A stretch of 27,124 bases of DNA from Leidyana gryllorum EB-2025a (GCA_048772705.1 JBLWGC010000097.1:1-27124), one strand, 5' to 3'. Shown: positions 7,764 to 16,270, numbered from the stretch's first letter. Notes: generated from the letters alone by a model not told the origin. Numbers and translations: made by a program.

Positions 7764-7928
7764 ATGGATAAGCTTCGGTCATCTCGATACTGGTTGGGTG
7801 AAAGAAGTATTTGATCTCAAAACCTCCCCCAAACCGTTGTTAAAAAGTGTAGCGAGTAAGACATGTCGCTGGCAACCTCGGGGCGGCACGGACGCGGCGC
7901 ATTCTGATACTCGATGTGACGACCTCTT

Positions 7929-7998
7929 TGCCTCGCCGGCGGATCGAACACGGAACTTCCAAGTCTTGCCTAGCGCTCTCTAACTGAGCCCCCTACGC
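7929..7998 (-). pseudogene. tRNA-Phe relic
   Basis: GGATCGAACACGGAACTTCCA...GCGCTCTC.AACTGAGC plus Phe downstream flank. Confidence 0.65.
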
Positions 7999-8274
7999 GC
8001 GAGAAAGTCATGGAGCGCGGTGAAGATGAGTGACCCACCGCATGTGCGAGCCAGTCTTGCCAAACCGTATGTGAAGCCGCTGGCCGCAAAATGCCGAGCT
8101 CGACAGATGGCAACTGGCCCGAGTGCTCAAGGTCTGAGTATGCACGCGGTCGGCCTCAATGTGGCGCCTGACTTTGCCAGCCTGTAACCCTGCACACCCC
8201 ATAGCATTTAGTGGTTCTTGACATGTTATGACCAGTCTCCCGACTCTACCAGCAATTTGCACCACCGATCAGTC

Positions 8275-8346
8275 GGCTGTTTGGTCTAGTGGTATGATCA
8301 TTCCTTAGGGTGGAAGGAGTCCTGGGTTCGATTCCCAGAACAGCCC
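8275..8346 (+). tRNA. tRNA-Pro-AGG: tRNA-Pro(AGG)
   Basis: One anticodon-stem mismatch. Confidence 0.85.
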
Positions 8347-8533
8347 TCTTGGTCGTCGGTTACCCGACGGGACAAGTTGCCCTCAGAACCAACACAGCCA
8401 CCTCGTTAGCCCACCTCGGTAGGGCAGTCACGGCAACTAACATCTAGAGAATCGCATTTCGGCTCAGTCGACGACCTTGGAAAGGGGTTCCAAGAGCACA
8501 AGTGCCGTCTAGAGAGTACGGTGCCGCATAACC

Positions 8534-8606
8534 CGGTCCTGGCAGGTTTCGAACCTGCGACTTTGTGGTTAACAGCCACACGCTCTGCCGACTGAGCTAC
8601 AAGACC
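8534..8606 (-). tRNA. tRNA-Asn-GTT: tRNA-Asn(GTT)
   Basis: TGTGG-CTGTTAA-CCACA, G73. Confidence 0.93.
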
Positions 8607-8724
8607 CAGCTACAATGTTTCAGAGGTTAGTATAGAGATCCTCCCTTATTCTACCGCAGGATTCTGCAATCACGTCTTGTCAAGAGGGTACGGCTCTCGG
8701 CTAAAGCTGCAGCTGAGGGAGTTG

Positions 8725-8797
8725 TCCACTGTAGTCTAAGTGGCTAGGATATGCGGCTCTCACCCGCACGATCCGGGTTCAAGTCCCGGCAGTGGAG
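8725..8797 (+). tRNA. tRNA-Glu-CTC: tRNA-Glu(CTC)
   Basis: TGCGG-CTCTCAC-CCGCA; discriminator G through a 3' flank deletion. Confidence 0.9.
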
Positions 8798-8849
8798 AGT
8801 GTGCTTGCAGGCAACAGTTCCATTCTTACTTCCAGGGGATATAGATCCA

Positions 8850-8922
8850 CACCGCCCGCGGGGCTCGAACCCGCGACTGCAAGATTAAGAGTCTTGCGCT
8901 CTACCGACTGAGCTAGGGCGGC
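8850..8922 (-). tRNA. tRNA-Lys-CTT: tRNA-Lys(CTT)
   Basis: Identical to 4238-4310. Confidence 0.95.
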
Positions 8923-9042
8923 AAGAAAGCAAGGACACAAAACCCGATAGCCTGACATCTAAAGTGGCTTTGGTACCCACCAGCCTCACATAGTGAGACG
9001 AGTCTCTCGACTGTACCCAGCGGGTTGAACCACCGACAAGGT

Positions 9043-9114
9043 GGCTGTTTGGTCTAGTGGTATGATTCTTCCTTCGGGTGGAAGAAGTCCTGGGTTCGAT
9101 TCCCAGAACAGCCC
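9043..9114 (+). tRNA. tRNA-Pro-CGG: tRNA-Pro(CGG)
   Basis: Intact. Confidence 0.95.
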
Positions 9115-9172
9115 GTCTGATAGTTGTTGACGCAACACGGCACTCAACAGGCTGCAACCCGGCCATTCGTCC

Positions 9173-9245
9173 AGACGCTACTGGGACTCGAACCCAGAAT
9201 CCCCGGTTCCGTAGACCGATGCCATATCCATTAGGCCATAGCGCC
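9173..9245 (-). tRNA. tRNA-Arg-ACG: tRNA-Arg(ACG)
   Basis: Intact. Confidence 0.93.
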
Positions 9246-9365
9246 ACTAGCGGAGCCGTCAAATGGGAGTGTGCAGCGATCAAGACAGGACATGGGCAGC
9301 TACGCCCGATGGTGGGTGTGGACAGACTTCGCCCACATCTCCCATTCGAGACATCGGGGACATAC

Positions 9366-9438
9366 TATCCAAGCCAGGATTCGGGCCTGGGTATGCACGG
9401 CCACAACTTGCTGTTGTAAGCACCTAGACGACCCGGAC
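9366..9438 (-). pseudogene. tRNA-His relic
   Basis: Copy of 4090-4161. Confidence 0.7.
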
Positions 9439-9514
9439 AATCTTCAAGTGAGGCTGGTGGGTACCAAAGCCACTTCACATGTCAGGCTATCGGGTTTTGT
9501 GTCCTTGCATTCCT

Positions 9515-9587
9515 GCCGCCCTAGCTCAGTCGGTAGAGCGCAGGACTTTTAATCTTGCAGTCGCGGGTTTGAGCCCCGCGGGCAGTG
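9515..9587 (+). pseudogene. tRNA-Lys(TTT), damaged
   Basis: T-loop GTTTGA, acceptor mismatch. Confidence 0.75.
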
Positions 9588-9647
9588 TGGATCTATTTCC
9601 GTGGGAGTAAGAATGGAACTGTTGCCTACAAGCACACTCAGCTGGAT

Positions 9648-9720
9648 TTCCACTGCCGGGACTTGAACCCGGATCGTGCGGGTGAGAGCCGCATATCCTA
9701 GCCACTTAGACTACAGTGGA
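9648..9720 (-). tRNA. tRNA-Glu-CTC: tRNA-Glu(CTC)
   Basis: Intact. Confidence 0.95.
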
Positions 9721-9837
9721 CAACTTCCTCAGCTGCAGCTTTAGCCGAGAGCCGTACCCTCTTGACAAGACGTGGTTGCAGAATCCTGTTGTAGAAAAAG
9801 GAGGATCTCTATACTAACCTCTGAACCATTGTAGCTG

Positions 9838-9910
9838 GGTCTTGTAGCTCAGTCGGCAGAGCGTGTGGCTGTTAACCACAAAGTCGCAGGTTCGAAACTT
9901 GCCAGGACCG
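9838..9910 (+). tRNA. tRNA-Asn-GTT: tRNA-Asn(GTT)
   Basis: One T-stem C>T versus 8534. Confidence 0.88.
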
Positions 9911-9954
9911 GTTTCAGAGGCACACTAAACACTGAGTGCGCTGGTGTGCCAATG

Positions 9955-10012
9955 GCACTTGTGGTCTGCGACCCTTCAAAGATGGAAGTTTGTTTGGATC
10001 CCGCCACGTGCA
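9955..10012 (+). pseudogene. tRNA-Gly(TCC) relic
   Basis: GCACTTGTGGTC..TGCGACCCTTC...GTGCAGCCGTA. Confidence 0.6.
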
Positions 10013-10025
10013 GCCGTACGTACTT

Positions 10026-10098
10026 TGGACGACCTGGGTATCGATCCCAGTACCTCTCGCATGCGAAGCGAGCGCTCTACCATCTGAGCTAGCCGCCC
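10026..10098 (-). tRNA. tRNA-Ala-CGC: tRNA-Ala(CGC)
   Basis: G3:U70, CTCGC-TTCGCAT-GCGAG, GATCGAT T-loop. Confidence 0.95.
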
Positions 10099-10122
10099 AT
10101 CCGCTCATCCCCTCTACATGGA

Positions 10123-10427
10123 TGATGCGTCATTTTGAACCCGATCTGCATTCTTTCAGTTAAGCCCCAGAGTCAATGACGGCCTAAGGCCTTTAGGTTA
10201 AGCTAGATCTACGTGCCAGCCTGGTTAAGGGAGACACGAACACGACACACACGTTTTTATTATTCATATTTATTACATTCCAATACAACTAGTTCAATTA
10301 CGGGCACTTACCAGACCACAACCCAACTTCAGAATACCCAGATTAGCCATCAGTATAGATTATGGACCCAATGCATCCAACTAGGGACGGAACCAGCGAT
10401 TCGGCGGATGTTCCGCCTATCAGACCA
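10123..10427. mobile_element. 305-bp solo-LTR-like insertion
   Basis: TG...CA ends, perfect 5-bp TSD ATGGA (10118-10122, 10428-10432); empty site near 21064-21075; tRNA-free with an AT-rich core. Confidence 0.75.
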
Positions 10428-10476
10428 ATGGAAGACCTATTGCATCCACTGGCTGACCGAGGGCCGATACAACGGC

Positions 10477-10556
10477 TGACAAGAGTGGGATTCGAACCCA
10501 CGCCCTTTCGGACTGCGGCCTTAACACAGCGCCTTGGACCACTCGGCCATCTTGCC
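10477..10556 (-). tRNA. tRNA-Leu-AAG: tRNA-Leu(AAG)
   Basis: Same body as 5315, anticodon AAG. Confidence 0.93.
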
Positions 10557-10651
10557 GGAGTGCCCTTGGCTCGCCACTTTACACGCTTTCTGTCCGTGAA
10601 GTCTCGAGAAGGGAGGACTTTTGGGGTTGAAGGCCGGGGTATCCACGAGCG

Positions 10652-10723
10652 TCCGAGATAGTATAGTGCTTAGTATTTCCGCCTGTCACTCGGAAGACCC
10701 GGGTTCGATTACCGGTCTCGGAG
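10652..10723 (+). pseudogene. tRNA-Asp(GTC), damaged
   Basis: D-loop, anticodon-stem and B-box substitutions. Confidence 0.72.
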
Positions 10724-10776
10724 ACACTTCGTTCTTCCGCTATAGATTTCGTGGTGCTCACCTGACGAACGCGAGT

Positions 10777-10849
10777 TACAGCCACCGAGGATCGAACTCG
10801 GGACCTTCTGCGTGTTAAGCAGACGTCGTGACCACTAGACCATGGCTGC
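10777..10849 (-). tRNA. tRNA-Val-AAC: tRNA-Val(AAC)
   Basis: TCTGC-TTAACAC-GCAGA. Confidence 0.93.
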
Positions 10850-10912
10850 ACGGAAGGTCCCGCAGATCAAGAGGAGTGGTGAGGTTTCACAAAGCAGTGA
10901 GAATTAGTTGTG

Positions 10913-10984
10913 AGGTCGCGCCGGGAATCGAACCCAGATCGGGAGATTCAGAGTCCCCAGTGCTAACCACTACACCACACAACC
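10913..10984 (-). tRNA. tRNA-Gln-CTG: tRNA-Gln(CTG), variant
   Basis: Gln cloverleaf with extra G:U pairs. Confidence 0.82.
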
Positions 10985-11086
10985 CATTCACTCCTTCACA
11001 AAAAGAGTTGGTAGAGCCTCCGGACTAGCCCTCAACCGGACACATGCAACACGCGTATCTCTACTAACCTCTGAGATATTGGAACT

Positions 11087-11156
11087 GGCTCTTGTACTTT
11101 ACTCGGCAGAACGTGTGGTTGTAAAATACAAACTCGGAGATCCGGTCTCTGAGGCA
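11087..11156 (+). pseudogene. tRNA-Asn relic
   Basis: Inverted copy of 1992-2061. Confidence 0.55.
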
Positions 11157-11261
11157 ACCTTCACACATACTGCGGTGCCCAAGTCTATCCAAGGGCTACA
11201 GGGCACCATTAAAGCTCTCAACTCTGTAGTCAAATAGCGCCAGTTGCAGCACTACAAAGTT

Positions 11262-11334
11262 TGGACGACCTGGACATTGATCCCAGTACCTCTCGCACGC
11301 TAAGCGAGCGCTTCACCATCTGAGCTAGTTCCCC
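11262..11334 (-). pseudogene. tRNA-Ala(AGC), damaged
   Basis: Copy of 1814-1886. Confidence 0.75.
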
Positions 11335-11423
11335 GCTGTGCAGACCCCGTCGCATTTTGTTGATTCTCAACATAGTATGACCACTCTCGCGACTGTGCTC
11401 ACTGGGTTGCACGACCGACAGGC

Positions 11424-11495
11424 GGCTGTTTGGTCTAGTGGTATGATCCTTCCTTAGGGTGGAAGGAGTCCTGGGTTCAATTCCCAGAACAGCCC
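11424..11495 (+). tRNA. tRNA-Pro-AGG: tRNA-Pro(AGG)
   Basis: Intact. Confidence 0.93.
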
Positions 11496-11621
11496 TCTTG
11501 GTTGTCGGTTGACCCGATGGGATAAGCAGTTTTAGAAGTAACACAGCCACCTCGTTGCCACTTCGGGGCAATTAACATCTCAAGAATCGCATTCCGGCTC
11601 CTTCTTCCATGTTGCAGACTA

Positions 11622-11693
11622 AGCAGTGTAGCTCAGTGGAAGAGTGTTGGGCTCATAACCCAAAGGTCCGTCGATCGAAACGACGCACTGCTA
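11622..11693 (+). tRNA. tRNA-iMet-CAT: initiator tRNA-Met(CAT)
   Basis: A1:U72, TTGGG-CTCATAA-CCCAA, GATCGAAAC. Confidence 0.95.
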
Positions 11694-11742
11694 AGTGTGC
11701 GCAGGAGGGAAACAGCTATAGAATCGATTGGGTCGTGACCAA

Positions 11743-11814
11743 AGCCTTCTGCCGGAATCGAACCGGCGACCTTTCGCTTACTAAGCGAATGCTCTGCCCC
11801 TAAGCTAAGAAGGC
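11743..11814 (-). tRNA. tRNA-Thr-AGT: tRNA-Thr(AGT)
   Basis: Intact. Confidence 0.95.
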
Positions 11815-11890
11815 AATGCAAGCCAAAGATCACGAGTCAGTCACTATTGACGGAGGTTACTGGAGCACTTTGCTCGAATGGTCCAATGAT

Positions 11891-11962
11891 TTCCACTGCC
11901 GGGACTTGAACCCGGATGTGCGGGTGAAAGCCGCATACCCTAGCCACTTAGACTACAGTGGA
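11891..11962 (-). tRNA. tRNA-Glu-TTC: tRNA-Glu(TTC), variant
   Basis: Copy of 1187-1258. Confidence 0.8.
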
Positions 11963-12137
11963 CGAGTGGTTGAGTTGGGGCTTCGGCCGAGAGCCGTACC
12001 GTCTTGGAAAATATGGATATGGAATGTCGGCGTGATCAAGTGAGTGGATCTCTGATACAGATTCGGACTTAGTAACCAATTCCATTTGTATTGATCGTGG
12101 AATCTTGGGCCTCCCCAGGTACAGGGCGAGCTTCCTT

Positions 12138-12207
12138 GCCGCGCCAGCTCCGTCGGTAGCGCGCAAGACTTTCAATGGAGAGACCGCCGGTTCGGGCAGC
12201 GCGAGCA
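12138..12207 (+). pseudogene. tRNA-Lys-derived relic
   Basis: Copy of 942-1011. Confidence 0.65.
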
Positions 12208-12272
12208 GTCCGAGTCAAGCTTGCTGAACCGTATGTGAAGCCACTGTCTGCGGAATGCCGAGTTCGACGATT

Positions 12273-12354
12273 GGCAACTTGCCCGAGTGGTTAAGGGGGT
12301 AGACTCGAAATCTACTGGGCCTGGCCCGCGCTGGTTCAAATCCAGCAGTTGTCG
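12273..12354 (+). tRNA. tRNA-Ser-CGA: tRNA-Ser(CGA)
   Basis: Intact. Confidence 0.95.
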
Positions 12355-12418
12355 TGCGATGTGATCGGAGAGTCCAGAACCAACTCACGCATAAAACTCA
12401 ACCATGTGCTATGTCCTC

Positions 12419-12489
12419 TGCATCTGCCGGGAATCGAACCCGGGTCGTCTCGATGGCAACGAGACATTCTACCACTAGACCACAGATGC
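12419..12489 (-). tRNA. tRNA-Gly-GCC: tRNA-Gly(GCC)
   Basis: Intact. Confidence 0.95.
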
Positions 12490-12631
12490 GTAACATCTCC
12501 ATTCCTGAATACAAAGCGAAGGGTCTTAAAACTAGTCCAGGCCGTCCAACTTAAGCCGATACATAAAAACCAGGCTCATCGGATACGTGGTTCCAGAGAC
12601 ACACGCTCCTTTCGCAGTGCGGAAGCTCCGT

Positions 12632-12701
12632 GCAGCCATCTAGTGGTCACGACGTCTGTTTAACACGCAGAAGGTCCCGAGTTCCATCCTCGGTGGCTGT
12701 A
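12632..12701 (+). pseudogene. tRNA-Val(AAC), damaged
   Basis: Same 3-nt A-box deletion as 5030. Confidence 0.75.
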
Positions 12702-12753
12702 ACACGCATCGTTCAGGTGATCATCACGAAATCTAGAGAGGAAGACGATCTAT

Positions 12754-12825
12754 CTCCGAGACCGGAAATCGAACCCGGGTCTTCCGCGTGTCAGGCGGAA
12801 ATACTAACCACTAGACTATCTCGGC
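12754..12825 (-). pseudogene. tRNA-Asp, damaged (anticodon GAC)
   Basis: Asp body, several substitutions. Confidence 0.75.
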
Positions 12826-12960
12826 CGCTCTGAATACGCCGGCCTCCAACTCAAAAAAGTCTTTCCATTTTGTTGTGCAGACCCCATCGCATTTGTTGGC
12901 TCTCAACATAGTATGACCACTATCTCAACTGTCCTCAGCGGGTTGCACGACCGACCAGCC

Positions 12961-13032
12961 GGCTGTTTGGTCTAGTGGTATGATCCTTCCTTAGGGTGGA
13001 AGGAGTCCTGGGTTCGATTCCCAGAACAGCCC
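12961..13032 (+). tRNA. tRNA-Pro-AGG: tRNA-Pro(AGG)
   Basis: Intact. Confidence 0.95.
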
Positions 13033-13168
13033 TCTTGGTCGTCGGTTGACCCGACGGGACAAGTTGCCCTCACAGCCAACACAGCCACCTCGTTAGCCCA
13101 CTTCGGCACTGAAGGGCATTAACATCTCAAGAATCGCATTTCGGCTCCCTCTTCCATGTTGCAGACTG

Positions 13169-13240
13169 AGCAGTGTAGCTCAGTGGAAGAGTGTTGGGCT
13201 CAGAACCCAAAGGTTCGTCGATCGAAACGACGCACTGCTG
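13169..13240 (+). tRNA. initiator-tRNA body with CAG anticodon and G73
   Basis: TTGGG-CTCAGAA-CCCAA; stems paired as in 11622; function uncertain. Confidence 0.6.
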
Positions 13241-13276
13241 AGTGTGCGCATATAGAATTGATTGGGTCGTGAGCAA

Positions 13277-13348
13277 AGCCTTCTGCCGAAATCGAACCGG
13301 CGACCCATCGCTTACTAAGCGAATGCTCTGCCCCTAAGCTAAGAAGGC
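13277..13348 (-). pseudogene. tRNA-Thr(AGT), damaged
   Basis: B-box C>T and anticodon-stem change. Confidence 0.72.
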
Positions 13349-13450
13349 AACTTAGCTGGAGAATCATGTGTCAGTTGTATCGACAAAAGTCAACGTGCAT
13401 CGTGCGGGGCATGCTGGGATGAAGTCGCAGGTTGTCCTGACTACAACGGC

Positions 13451-13530
13451 TGACAAGAGTGGGATCCGAACCCACGCCCTTTCGGACTGGGACCTGATCA
13501 CAGCGCCTCAGACCACTAGGCCATCTCGCC
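13451..13530 (-). pseudogene. tRNA-Leu(CAG), damaged
   Basis: Multiple substitutions. Confidence 0.75.
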
Positions 13531-13626
13531 GGAATTTTGTTGGCTCGCCGTTCCACGCGTTTCCTGTCCTTGTGGAATCTCAAAATGGAAGGACTTTTGG
13601 GATAGGAGACCGGTATGTCCAAAGCG

Positions 13627-13698
13627 TTCGAGATAGTATAGTTGTCAGTATTTCCGCCTGTCACGCGAAAGACCCGGGTTCGATTCCCGGTCTCGGAG
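13627..13698 (+). pseudogene. tRNA-Asp(GTC), damaged
   Basis: D-loop GG lost, stem mismatch. Confidence 0.72.
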
Positions 13699-13755
13699 CA
13701 CACTTAGACGGTTTCGCTTAAGATTGTCTCCCCTGGTTCTCGCCCAGTTGCGAGC

Positions 13756-13828
13756 CACAGCCACCGAGGATTGAAGTCAGGAGCTGCTGCGTGTGAAGCA
13801 GACGTCGTGACCACTAGAGGATAACCGC
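13756..13828 (-). pseudogene. tRNA-Val(CAC), damaged
   Basis: Acceptor and T-arm broken. Confidence 0.72.
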
Positions 13829-13891
13829 ACGGAAGGTCCCGCAGACCAAGAGAATTGGCGAGGTTTCACAAAATAGTGAGCACTAGTTTCG

Positions 13892-13963
13892 AGGTCGCGC
13901 CGGGAATCGAACCCGGGTCGGGAGATTCAGAGTCTCCAGTGCTAACCACTACACCACGCAACC
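13892..13963 (-). tRNA. tRNA-Gln-CTG: tRNA-Gln(CTG)
   Basis: Intact. Confidence 0.95.
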
Positions 13964-14081
13964 CATTCAGTCCTTCCCAAAAGAGTTGGTAAAGCCATCC
14001 ACACTAGCTCTCCCTCAACTAGATCATCAGGATACGTGTTTCCAGAGACACACGCCTTTTTTCCCAGTCCGCAGGCTCCGT

Positions 14082-14153
14082 GCAGCCATGGTCTAGTGGT
14101 CACGACGTCTGCTTCACACGCAGAAGGTCCCGATCCGATCCTCGGTGGCTGCA
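14082..14153 (+). pseudogene. tRNA-Val(CAC), T-arm damaged
   Basis: CCGATCCGATCC replaces CCGAGTTCGATCC. Confidence 0.75.
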
Positions 14154-14208
14154 GCTCGCAACTTTCAGCGAGATCCGAAAGAAACAATCCTAAGCGCAAC
14201 CAACTGTG

Positions 14209-14278
14209 CTCCGAGACCGGAAATCGATCTTGGTTTTCCGCGTGATAGGCGGAATACTAACCGCTATACTATCTCGGA
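14209..14278 (-). pseudogene. tRNA-Asp, damaged (anticodon ATC)
   Basis: T-arm broken, indels. Confidence 0.72.
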
Positions 14279-14346
14279 CGCTCTGGATACGCTAGCCCCC
14301 AACCCCAGAAGTTCTTCCATTTTGAGATTCCACGGATAGAAAACGC

Positions 14347-14396
14347 GTGGAGCGGCGAGCCAACAACATTTGTGGAGCGGCGAGCCAACAACATTT
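14347..14396 (+). repeat. Tandem duplication 2 x 25 bp
   Basis: GTGGAGCGGCGAGCCAACAACATTT x2; single copy in other Asp-Leu spacers. Confidence 0.9.
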
Positions 14397-14397
14397 C

Positions 14398-14477
14398 GGC
14401 AAGATGGCCGAGTGGTCCAAGGCGCTGTGTTCAGGCCGCAGTCCGAAAGGGCGTGGGTTGGAATCCAACTCTTGTCA
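14398..14477 (+). pseudogene. tRNA-Leu(CAG), B-box damaged
   Basis: T-loop GTTGGAA. Confidence 0.75.
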
Positions 14478-14607
14478 GCCGTTGTAGTCAGAATAACTTG
14501 CGACTTCTTCCCAGCATGCCCGCACGATGGGCGGGACTGCCCGCCGTGCACGTAGCACCCGGCTAACTTTTGTCGATACAACTGACACATGATTCTCCAG
14601 ATAAGTT

Positions 14608-14679
14608 GCCTTTTTAGCTTAGGGGCAGAGCGTTCGCTTCGTAAGCGAGAAGTCGCCGGTTCGATTCCCGCAGAAGGCT
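14608..14679 (+). tRNA. tRNA-Thr-CGT: tRNA-Thr(CGT), variant
   Basis: TTCGC-TTCGTAA-GCGAG; T-stem mismatch. Confidence 0.7.
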
Positions 14680-14768
14680 TTCCTCACGCACTTAAGCTAT
14701 TCTGGTCTCTCCGTCTCGATAAGGATCTGAGAGGTTTGGAGGGGGTTTGCAATGCACTTTAGATTGGT

Positions 14769-14840
14769 TGTCCGAGCCAGGAATCGAGCCTGGGTTTGCA
14801 CGGCCACAACGTGCTGTCCTAACCACTAGACGACTCGGAC
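14769..14840 (-). tRNA. tRNA-His-GTG: tRNA-His(GTG)
   Basis: GCACG-TTGTGGC-CGTGC, A73, no encoded G-1. Confidence 0.92.
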
Positions 14841-14940
14841 AAATCTTTGAGCGAGGCTGTAGAGGTAGCGAAGCATCGACCAGGATGGGATGGAACAGGA
14901 GCGTCAGACGAACTGCGTTGCAAGAAGTCCACTCCTCAAC

Positions 14941-15020
14941 TTCGAGTGGGACGGAATTTACTCGTGGAATATCTGATGCCACCACTACAGTCAGATACGT
15001 TACCATCTAAGCACCCCGCG
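14941..15020 (-). pseudogene. tRNA-Tyr(GTA) relic with 7-nt intron
   Basis: TCTGACTGTAG[TGGTGGC]ATCAGA; T-arm and 5' end eroded. Confidence 0.7.
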
Positions 15021-15116
15021 CCGTGAGAGTACTTCGGGGCGGCACACCGCAGCCAGAACGACATCGGCGGTCGCAACGGAAGCCATTAACACTTTGGAAC
15101 TCAGAAGGAAAGTAAT

Positions 15117-15200
15117 GCACAGATGCCCGAGTGGTCTAAGGGGCCAGACTCAAGTTCTGGTAGGCGCAAGTCTGCATGGGTTCGAATCCCATTCTGTGCA
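15117..15200 (+). tRNA. tRNA-Leu-CAA: tRNA-Leu(CAA)
   Basis: CCAGA-CTCAAGT-TCTGG, long variable arm, intronless. Confidence 0.95.
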
Positions 15201-15286
15201 ACGGCGATCATCCCAAAAAAAGCTGGAAAGGCCACAGTAGATTCGAATCTGCATTTGTATGTCCGGTTGCATGCACCCAAGTATTC

Positions 15287-15356
15287 GGCTGTTGCTCTGC
15301 TGGTATAATCCTTCCTCAGAGTGGAAGGAGTCCTGGGTTCGATTCCAGAACAGCCC
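15287..15356 (+). pseudogene. tRNA-Pro, damaged
   Basis: A-box broken, T-stem deletion. Confidence 0.75.
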
Positions 15357-15497
15357 TATTGGTCGTCGTTTGACTTGACCGGACATGTTGCCCTCAGAAC
15401 CAACACAGCCACCTCGTTAGCCCGCTTCGATAGGGCAGTCAGGGCAACTAACATCTCGAGGATCACATTTCGGCTCCCGTTTCCATGTTGCAGACTG

Positions 15498-15568
15498 AGC
15501 ACTGTAGCTCAGTGGAAGAGTGTTGGCTCATAACCCAAAGGTCCGTCGATCGAAACGACGCACTGCTA
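15498..15568 (+). pseudogene. initiator tRNA-Met, damaged
   Basis: 1-nt anticodon-stem deletion, acceptor mismatch. Confidence 0.75.
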
Positions 15569-15616
15569 AGTGGGCGCAGAAGGGACTAGTTGTGGGATAG
15601 ATTGGCTCGTAGGCAG

Positions 15617-15689
15617 AGCCTTCTGCCCGAATCAAAACCGGCGACCTTTCGCTTACTGAGCGAATGCTCTGCCCCTAAGCTAAGAAGGC
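15617..15689 (-). pseudogene. tRNA-Thr(AGT), damaged
   Basis: T-loop TTTTGATT. Confidence 0.75.
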
Positions 15690-15793
15690 ATTCCCTTTCT
15701 CGATCCATATGAGGGTTTGATGCTGGGAATAGCATCATGTCCACCATAGAATTCATGCATAAGTTGGTGTCTGACCCCTCCAATCACATCGCA

Positions 15794-15874
15794 CAACAAC
15801 TGCTGGATCTGCACCAGCGCGGCCCAGGCCCAGTAGATTTCTAGTCTACCCCTTAGCCACTCGGGTAAGTTGCC
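15794..15874 (-). pseudogene. tRNA-Ser(AGA), damaged
   Basis: T-loop GTGCAGAT and other changes. Confidence 0.75.
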
Positions 15875-15937
15875 AACGGTAGAACTCGGCATGCCGCAGG
15901 CAGTGGCTTCACATACGGTTCAGCAGCTTGACTCGGA

Positions 15938-16008
15938 GCGCTCGCGCTGTCCGAACCCGCGGTCTCTCCATTGAAAGTATTGCGCTCTACCGACGGAGCT
16001 GGCGCGGC
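15938..16008 (-). pseudogene. tRNA-Lys-derived relic
   Basis: As 942-1011. Confidence 0.65.
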
Positions 16009-16075
16009 AAGGAAGCTTGGACTTGGTAAAAAGTTCCTTTCGTATTGGCAACTCTTTATCAAAGATCCACTCACT

Positions 16076-16149
16076 TGGTCACGCTCGGGCTCAAACCGGG
16101 GATCTTGAGCTTATTAGGCTCACGCTCTAACCGACTGAGCCACGCGACC
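16076..16149 (-). pseudogene. tRNA-Ile(AAT), B-box variant
   Basis: TGAGC-CTAATAA-GCTCA; T-loop GTTTGAG, T-stem mismatch. Confidence 0.7.
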
Positions 16150-16270
16150 ACTTCTGCGACGACAGATGGCACCTATTCACTTACTTGATGCCTCTGCGTC
16201 GCCACTGCAATCTCTAGCATGTACTGCTGGTGTTTTGAGCCCAGCCGCCTACTCCGATGATCGCAGCACA

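Larger units (their letters stand above)
8532..9912. repeat. Local inverted repeat, arms ~8532-8989 and ~9448-9912 (Asn-Glu-Lys)
   Basis: Reverse-complement match including spacers, ~460 bp loop. Confidence 0.9.
10771..12496 (-). repeat. Right arm of ~1.72 kb inverted duplication (partner 653-2377)
   Basis: Reverse complement of 653-2377. Confidence 0.95.
13270..14685. repeat. Diverged local inverted repeat Thr-Leu-Asp-Val / Val-Asp-Leu-Thr around Gln
   Basis: Arms ~13270-13830 and ~14078-14685 share spacers (CTGGAGAATCATGTGTCAGTTGTATCGACAAAAGT and its reverse complement). Confidence 0.85.
14607..15691 (+). repeat. ~1.08 kb block Thr-His-Tyr-Leu-Pro-iMet-Thr; inverted copy at ~19579-20642, partial direct copy at ~21928-22560
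   Basis: Shared spacers and shared pseudogene lesions. Confidence 0.9.
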
